64,000 nucleotides of DNA from Eubacteriales bacterium (GTDB lineage Bacteria > Bacillota > Clostridia > Oscillospirales > CAG-272). The stretch lies in assembly GCA_045651165.1 (NCBI GenBank), contig JAZRRX010000058.1, positions 3,879-67,878 on the forward strand, written 5' to 3'. The first letter of the stretch is position 1. Every line of letters starts with the position of its first letter. Under the pieces are notes generated by a model. It was not told the origin of the DNA. It did not search any database and was given only the letters and a program-made list of their open reading frames with translations. A program made the translations under genes and the position numbers. Below, in pieces: positions 59,270 to 64,000 of the stretch.

Positions 59270-60576
59270 ATTTTAATGATGCCAAGGAACACATTTCAAA
59301 GGCTGTTCTTGTTGGCATAGTTACAAGAGATACAAACAGTGAAGAGGTTGAAAAGGAGCTTGACGAGTTGGCTCGTCTTCTTGACACCGCGGGTGGCGAG
59401 GAGGTTGCTCGTCTTGTGCAGAACAAGGAAACTCCAGATCCTAGAACAGTAATTGGTAGTGGTAAGATTTGGGAACTTTCCGAACTTTGCCGAAATAATG
59501 GAGTGAAGCTCGTTGTCTTTGATGCGGAGCTTTCACCCTCGCAAATTAGAAATATTGAGGACGATTTGGGTGACGATATTAGCGTTATTGACCGTTCGAT
59601 GCTTATTTTGGACATTTTTGCTCTCCACGCTACTACGGGTGAGGGAAAATTGCAGGTGGAACTTGCACAGTTGCGCTATACTGCACCCCGTCTTATTGGT
59701 AAGGGAACTCAGCTTTCCCGTCTTGGTGGTGGTATTGGTACACGAGGCCCAGGTGAAAGTAAACTTGAAAGCGATAGACGTCATATGAAGCGCCGTATTG
59801 TTGCGCTTGAAAGTGAACTTGAAGAGCTTGAAAAGAACAGAATGACTATGCGTGCAAGCCGTGACAAGAGCCAAATTCCTCAAATTGCGATTGTTGGCTA
59901 CACAAATGCAGGCAAGTCAACCTTGCTTAACACACTTACTGACGCGGGCATTTTGGCAGAGAACAAGCTCTTTGCAACACTTGACCCGACTACAAGAAAA
60001 TTGAAATTGCCCTGTGGTGAGACGGTTTTGCTAACCGACACCGTTGGATTTATAAGAAAATTGCCCCACCACCTTGTAAAAGCGTTTAAATCAACGCTTG
60101 ATGAGGCGGTTTATGCCGATATTTTGATGATTGTGATTGATGCGCACGACGACGAGGCAAAAGCACAGCTTGAGGTTACTGAAACCCTTCTTGCCGAGCT
60201 TGGTGCGGCAGGAAAGCCAACAATCTACGTTTATAATAAGTGTGACCTCGGTGTTTCCTCCGAGTTGCCTTCATACGTCGCTAATAACGAAGATCCCAAC
60301 CACATTGTTTGTGCAATTTCTGCCAAGAGTGGACAGGGAATTGACACTTTGCTCCAAAAGGTAGAGGATATTATCCATCAGGGTAAGAGTAAAGTTACAT
60401 TTGTTATCCCTAACTCCGAGCAGGGCGCACTCAATATTCTTTATAAAAACGCAACAGTTGAGAGCGTTGACTACGGATATGAGGGTGTAACTGTTATCGC
60501 AACAGTTGATCAAAAAGTCCGCGGAATGCTCAAAAAGTACGATATAAACAAACCCCAAGAGGTTGAGGAGTTTTAA
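59260..60576 (+). CDS. hflX: Ribosome-rescue GTPase HflX
   Basis: IGSGK, GIGTRGPGESKLE, VGYTNAGKS, LFATLDPT, DTVGFI, NKCD. Confidence 0.96.
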   Translation: MQLNFNDAKEHISKAVLVGIVTRDTNSEEVEKELDELARLLDTAGGEEVARLVQNKETPDPRTVIGSGKIWELSELCRNNGVKLVVFDAELSPSQIRNIEDDLGDDISVIDRSMLILDIFALHATTGEGKLQVELAQLRYTAPRLIGKGTQLSRLGGGIGTRGPGESKLESDRRHMKRRIVALESELEELEKNRMTMRASRDKSQIPQIAIVGYTNAGKSTLLNTLTDAGILAENKLFATLDPTTRKLKLPCGETVLLTDTVGFIRKLPHHLVKAFKSTLDEAVYADILMIVIDAHDDEAKAQLEVTETLLAELGAAGKPTIYVYNKCDLGVSSELPSYVANNEDPNHIVCAISAKSGQGIDTLLQKVEDIIHQGKSKVTFVIPNSEQGALNILYKNATVESVDYGYEGVTVIATVDQKVRGMLKKYDINKPQEVEEF

Positions 60577-60599
60577 ATTTTTTGAAAGGAGCTAAAGTT

Positions 60600-61229
60600 A
60601 TGTCAGAAGAAAAAGTATATATAACGATAAAGGGCAGGGCTGAGGCTCGTTTTGAGGAGAAAAAGTCGGTGTTCATTGGATATGCTTCTCATGTTGAGAG
60701 TGAGGAGGAGGCACTTGCCTTCATTAAGGAAATCAAGGAAAAGCACCGTGATGCCACTCACAATTGCTATGGCTACGTTATGAAGGGTGGAATTTTGTGC
60801 CGCTACAGTGATGACGGTGAGCCACAGGGAACTGCAGGCAAGCCCATTCTTGATATGCTTAAGAAAAGTGGAGTTGACGATGTTTGCGTTGTTGTTACTC
60901 GTTATTTCGGGGGCACGTTGCTCGGCACGGGTGGACTTGTACACGCATATTCCCAGGGTGCAAAGATGGCTGTTGAGTCGGCAGGAGTTGCTCGATTTGA
61001 AAATTACGTTGTTTTGACTGTATCTTGCACATATTCTGACTATCAAAGAATCGGACTTGAGCTTGAAAGAATTGATGCAATCATCGATTCAACGGACTAT
61101 TCGGATAATGTTGCCGTGACGTTTGCCGTAAAAGAGAAATTTGCAGACGAAATTGCAAGAAAAATTTCCGAAATTAGCGCGGGCAAGAGCATAGCAACCA
61201 AACTTTGCGAAAGATTTGATGCGAAATGA
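60600..61229 (+). CDS. yigZ: YigZ/IMPACT family protein
   Basis: EEKKSVF, HRDATHNC, DDGEPQGTAG, VTRYFGGTLLGTGGL. Confidence 0.92.
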   Translation: MSEEKVYITIKGRAEARFEEKKSVFIGYASHVESEEEALAFIKEIKEKHRDATHNCYGYVMKGGILCRYSDDGEPQGTAGKPILDMLKKSGVDDVCVVVTRYFGGTLLGTGGLVHAYSQGAKMAVESAGVARFENYVVLTVSCTYSDYQRIGLELERIDAIIDSTDYSDNVAVTFAVKEKFADEIARKISEISAGKSIATKLCERFDAK

Positions 61230-61263
61230 TATAAGGTGGGAGTTGTTCCCACCTTATATCATT
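61225..61263 (+). terminator. Long hairpin overlapping the yigZ stop
   Basis: Perfect 17-bp stem AATGATATAAGGTGGGA / TCCCACCTTATATCATT. Confidence 0.7.
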
Positions 61264-61364
61264 TGTGCAAAAAACAAAATCCTCGAAATCTATTGAAATG
61301 CATAAAAATTTGTGATAAAATTAAACCAATAAACGCCGACGGGCTTACGTGAAAGTGGAAAGTT

Positions 61365-63266
61365 ATGAAAAAGAAAGTCTTAATTTGTATTATCGTTTGC
61401 ATGATAATGCTTGTTAGTGTGGTTTTGGGTGTTATGCTTATCCCACCCGCTAATAATACAACAGTTGCTACCACTAAGCATTTGGAGGATAATCTTATTG
61501 AAATACAAACGTGGTATAACGATAAAATGTCTTTGGTAAATCAAAATTTAATAAATTATGCTTCTTCCGTTTCTGGCATATCCAATATTAACGTAACGAG
61601 TAGTAAATTTAGATTTGGAGAAGATTTTGGTTTTTATGAGTGCCATTATACAATAATATTTAGTTGTATAGTAGAAGGGGTATCTTGCAATGGAGAAGCA
61701 AGAGCGTTTTTGAAATATAAGGATACCAATATTTCGTGGTTTCATTTTGAAATATATAGAGTTTCAGATTATAAAACTATTGTAGAATATTATGATGATA
61801 GTTATGATAAAATTATTGAAGATTACTATAAATCATTAGTAGATCCAGCCTATACTTCGCAAGGAAACCATACTACAACCTCAACTACAACCACTCAAAC
61901 GACAATAACTACCACTACAAGTAGTAATGGTAATGTCACGGAGCCTAATCCGGACGAAAACCATCAGAATGAAACAAACAATGTGACATGGGATGATTGT
62001 CCTATAGACATAACAGGTGGTATTTCCGGGTCTTCATATTCGGAAATTATTAAAATAAAAGTAAATAACATTTCTTCTAAAGATATTGACTCCGCAAAAC
62101 TTATGTTTGTGTTTACTCATACCAATTATGACAATTCACAGCAACAAATCACGGGATTCTTTACTTTAGATACAATTTGGGCAAGTGATAGCATAAGTCA
62201 AAACATATCTGGAGAAAACTACAATTTTTTGAGAACTTCAATCTATCCCGTGTGTATTTATTTCAAGGATGGAACAGTATGGGGATCATCTGGTGCTACA
62301 TACGAGGAGATAATTGGAAATTCGCTTGCTTTTGAAATAAAGCATTTTGCATTAGATGATGAGAACCATCAGGATTCTAACACAAATAACGATTCTAACT
62401 CATCTAACAATCAAAACAACATTGAAGATTTGAGTTATATTGTAAATAGTGTTTGTGATAATTATAACAGTGGAGAAACTGCTTATGGTGGCAAAGTATA
62501 TGCTACTATTAATAGTTCGACTTCTATTACAATAACTCATAATATTCCGAACACTCTATCTTTTGATGAGCAATCTAATGTTGAGGAAATGGAAGACATT
62601 CTTGCACGCCTATTTTCTGAAATATTAAATGAAGAATTTCCAGAGTATATAATGGTATATGTAGAAACATCGGTTACTTATACCTCTACTCCAAATATCA
62701 ATACTGATTCATCTGATAAGGTAAATAATATCAGTGAATTACAATCATTAGTGGAAGAATTATGCTTGGAGTATAATAGCGATTTTACTTACTATAATGG
62801 CAATATTTCAGTAATAGTGAATTCAGGCACGTCAATTACGATACAACATATTATAATGGATAATATTGATCCGGATGATGAAGGTGTGGTAGCGTGGTTA
62901 GAGGAAGGCTTGATTGTTTATTTTGAAGAGGCTTTTGAAGCTGAGGGCTTCCCTCAAAAAATTGAAGTTACGGTGAAATCTGAATATACTATTGCAGAAA
63001 AACCGCAATGGATATCAGCAGAGGAACTTTACATATATTATAATTTATCGGTTTACTGGGCAGGGGCAGAAATATGGATTTGGGAAAGTGATAATTATGG
63101 AACTGCTACGTCATCATATACATTGACAGGTTCACCAGAAAGTGTTTTTATAGAAAATCAAGTTTATGATTGTGTTTATATGGAAAATATTATTTCAGTA
63201 AAATATCTTAATGGGATTTTGTTTGGGTATGATGATTTAATTAAAGCGGGCATTATTTCTGAATAA
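61365..63266 (+). CDS. AT-rich multidomain exported hypothetical protein
   Basis: N-terminal TM helix, Thr-rich linker, YFKDGTVW beta-sandwich-like domain, tandem about 100-aa duplicated domain; TTGAAA-17-TAAAAT promoter upstream. Confidence 0.72.
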   Translation: MKKKVLICIIVCMIMLVSVVLGVMLIPPANNTTVATTKHLEDNLIEIQTWYNDKMSLVNQNLINYASSVSGISNINVTSSKFRFGEDFGFYECHYTIIFSCIVEGVSCNGEARAFLKYKDTNISWFHFEIYRVSDYKTIVEYYDDSYDKIIEDYYKSLVDPAYTSQGNHTTTSTTTTQTTITTTTSSNGNVTEPNPDENHQNETNNVTWDDCPIDITGGISGSSYSEIIKIKVNNISSKDIDSAKLMFVFTHTNYDNSQQQITGFFTLDTIWASDSISQNISGENYNFLRTSIYPVCIYFKDGTVWGSSGATYEEIIGNSLAFEIKHFALDDENHQDSNTNNDSNSSNNQNNIEDLSYIVNSVCDNYNSGETAYGGKVYATINSSTSITITHNIPNTLSFDEQSNVEEMEDILARLFSEILNEEFPEYIMVYVETSVTYTSTPNINTDSSDKVNNISELQSLVEELCLEYNSDFTYYNGNISVIVNSGTSITIQHIIMDNIDPDDEGVVAWLEEGLIVYFEEAFEAEGFPQKIEVTVKSEYTIAEKPQWISAEELYIYYNLSVYWAGAEIWIWESDNYGTATSSYTLTGSPESVFIENQVYDCVYMENIISVKYLNGILFGYDDLIKAGIISE

Positions 63267-63286
63267 ATATTGTTAAAGATATTTTT

Positions 63287-63310
63287 GGAGCGCTTCGGCG
63301 CTCCTTTTTT
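63287..63310 (+). terminator. Intrinsic terminator
   Basis: GGAGCGC-TTCG-GCGCTCC followed by T6. Confidence 0.88.
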
Positions 63311-63322
63311 GTGGTTGGTATT

Positions 63323-63460
63323 TGAACGGACGCACGCGTTATTAGGACTCCTTCCACCACTTCGTGGTCCCCCTCCCTTAAAGATGGAGGCTTAGGTTAG
63401 TTTGGGTTGGGATAGGTTATTGGTTATATTTGGCTTTTGTAGGGGAGGATATTATCCTCC
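63323..63460. repeat. Mosaic of REP-like hairpins
   Basis: Truncated CGGACGCAC half-REP, CCAC-TTC-GTGG and CCTCC/GGAGG hairpins, solo GTAGGGGAGGATATTATCCTCC at 63439-63460. Confidence 0.6.
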
Positions 63461-63463
63461 TGT

Positions 63464-63687
63464 GTTTCAAATTTTGATTTGTGGGGATGTTAGTTTTATT
63501 GAACAACGGACGCACACGGTGCGCCCCTACGGTGTTTGTGCGTCAAATATCGCAAATTAGTATCCATTTCGTTTACAATTTGGCTATTATATGGCTTTAA
63601 AAATTACTAATGTCTTTGTAGGGGCGCACTGTGTGCGTCCGCTTCATAGGCAAACTAACTTTTAAACTTCCCGCTAAATCCCAATTT
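63464..63687 (+). mobile_element. Non-autonomous element copy D
   Basis: 10 mismatches to copy A over 220 bp; REPs 63507-63530 and 63618-63641. Confidence 0.8.
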
Positions 63688-63831
63688 GTCGCTATTTTAA
63701 GTATATTTTTTAAAAAATTAATAAAAAATAATAAAAAAAGCTAAAAAGTTCAAAATAAAAAAAGTATTTTGGACTTTTTTTGCGTATATTAATATATGTT
63801 AGAAGATTTCGCCGAGAAAGGAGGGCGCGTT

Positions 63832-64000
63832 ATGTTGATTCCAAGAGAAATAATTGAAGAAATTGTTGCAAGGACTGATATTAACGATATTATAGGTTCG
63901 TATGTTAGTTTGAAGCGCGCGGGCTCGAATATGAATGGGCTTTGTCCTTTCCATAGTGAGCGCACTCCGTCATTTACAGTGTTTTCAAAATCAAACAGTT
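63832..64000 (+). CDS. dnaG: DNA primase, N-terminal zinc-binding domain (runs off the window)
   Basis: MLIPREIIEEIVARTDINDIIGSYVSLKRAGSNMNGLCPFHSERTPSFTV; AAGGAGG RBS. Confidence 0.95.
   Translation, partial: MLIPREIIEEIVARTDINDIIGSYVSLKRAGSNMNGLCPFHSERTPSFTVFSKSNS

Noticed and set aside
61330-61350. GC-rich patch ACGCCGACGGGCTTACG in a leader as a riboswitch
   Set aside because: The leader is only about 40 nt, the stem is only 3 bp, and I could not match any aptamer consensus.

Overview
A low-GC chromosomal segment from a spore-forming Clostridia (Oscillospiraceae/Eubacteriales-like; inferred from gene content, including spoIIGA-sigE, a GerA-family gene and a SpoIVFB-like protease). Most of the window is housekeeping: mreC (partial), nth, aroK, ddl, asd, rsmI, ligA, murA, prfB, ychF, trmB, truB, potABCD, hrcA-grpE-dnaK-dnaJ-prmA with a CIRCE, rplJL with an L10 leader, rpmE, murI, hflX, yigZ and dnaG (partial), plus tRNA-Leu(TAG) and tRNA-Ile2(CAT). 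I found no integrase, transposase, CRISPR array or rRNA. Four things stand out. (1) Four 160-220 bp elements share asymmetric outer termini (TTCAAATTTTGATTT ... AAAYCCCAATTT) but carry different GTAG-type REP hairpin doublets. Two are about 95% identical, and two inverted copies bracket an accessory exported-protein gene plus an origin-like relic between ogg and rplL. (2) An XRE helix-turn-helix domain is fused in frame to an intact Fe-S L-serine dehydratase, with a palindromic operator candidate just after its promoter, suggesting a trigger enzyme. (3) A FolC-like ORF has lost its P-loop. (4) An ArsR/ArsP-like cassette has 26-bp inverted repeats flanking the regulator gene. Product calls come from motif recognition by eye, with no database searches. 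Several starts were moved to the best RBS-supported codon.
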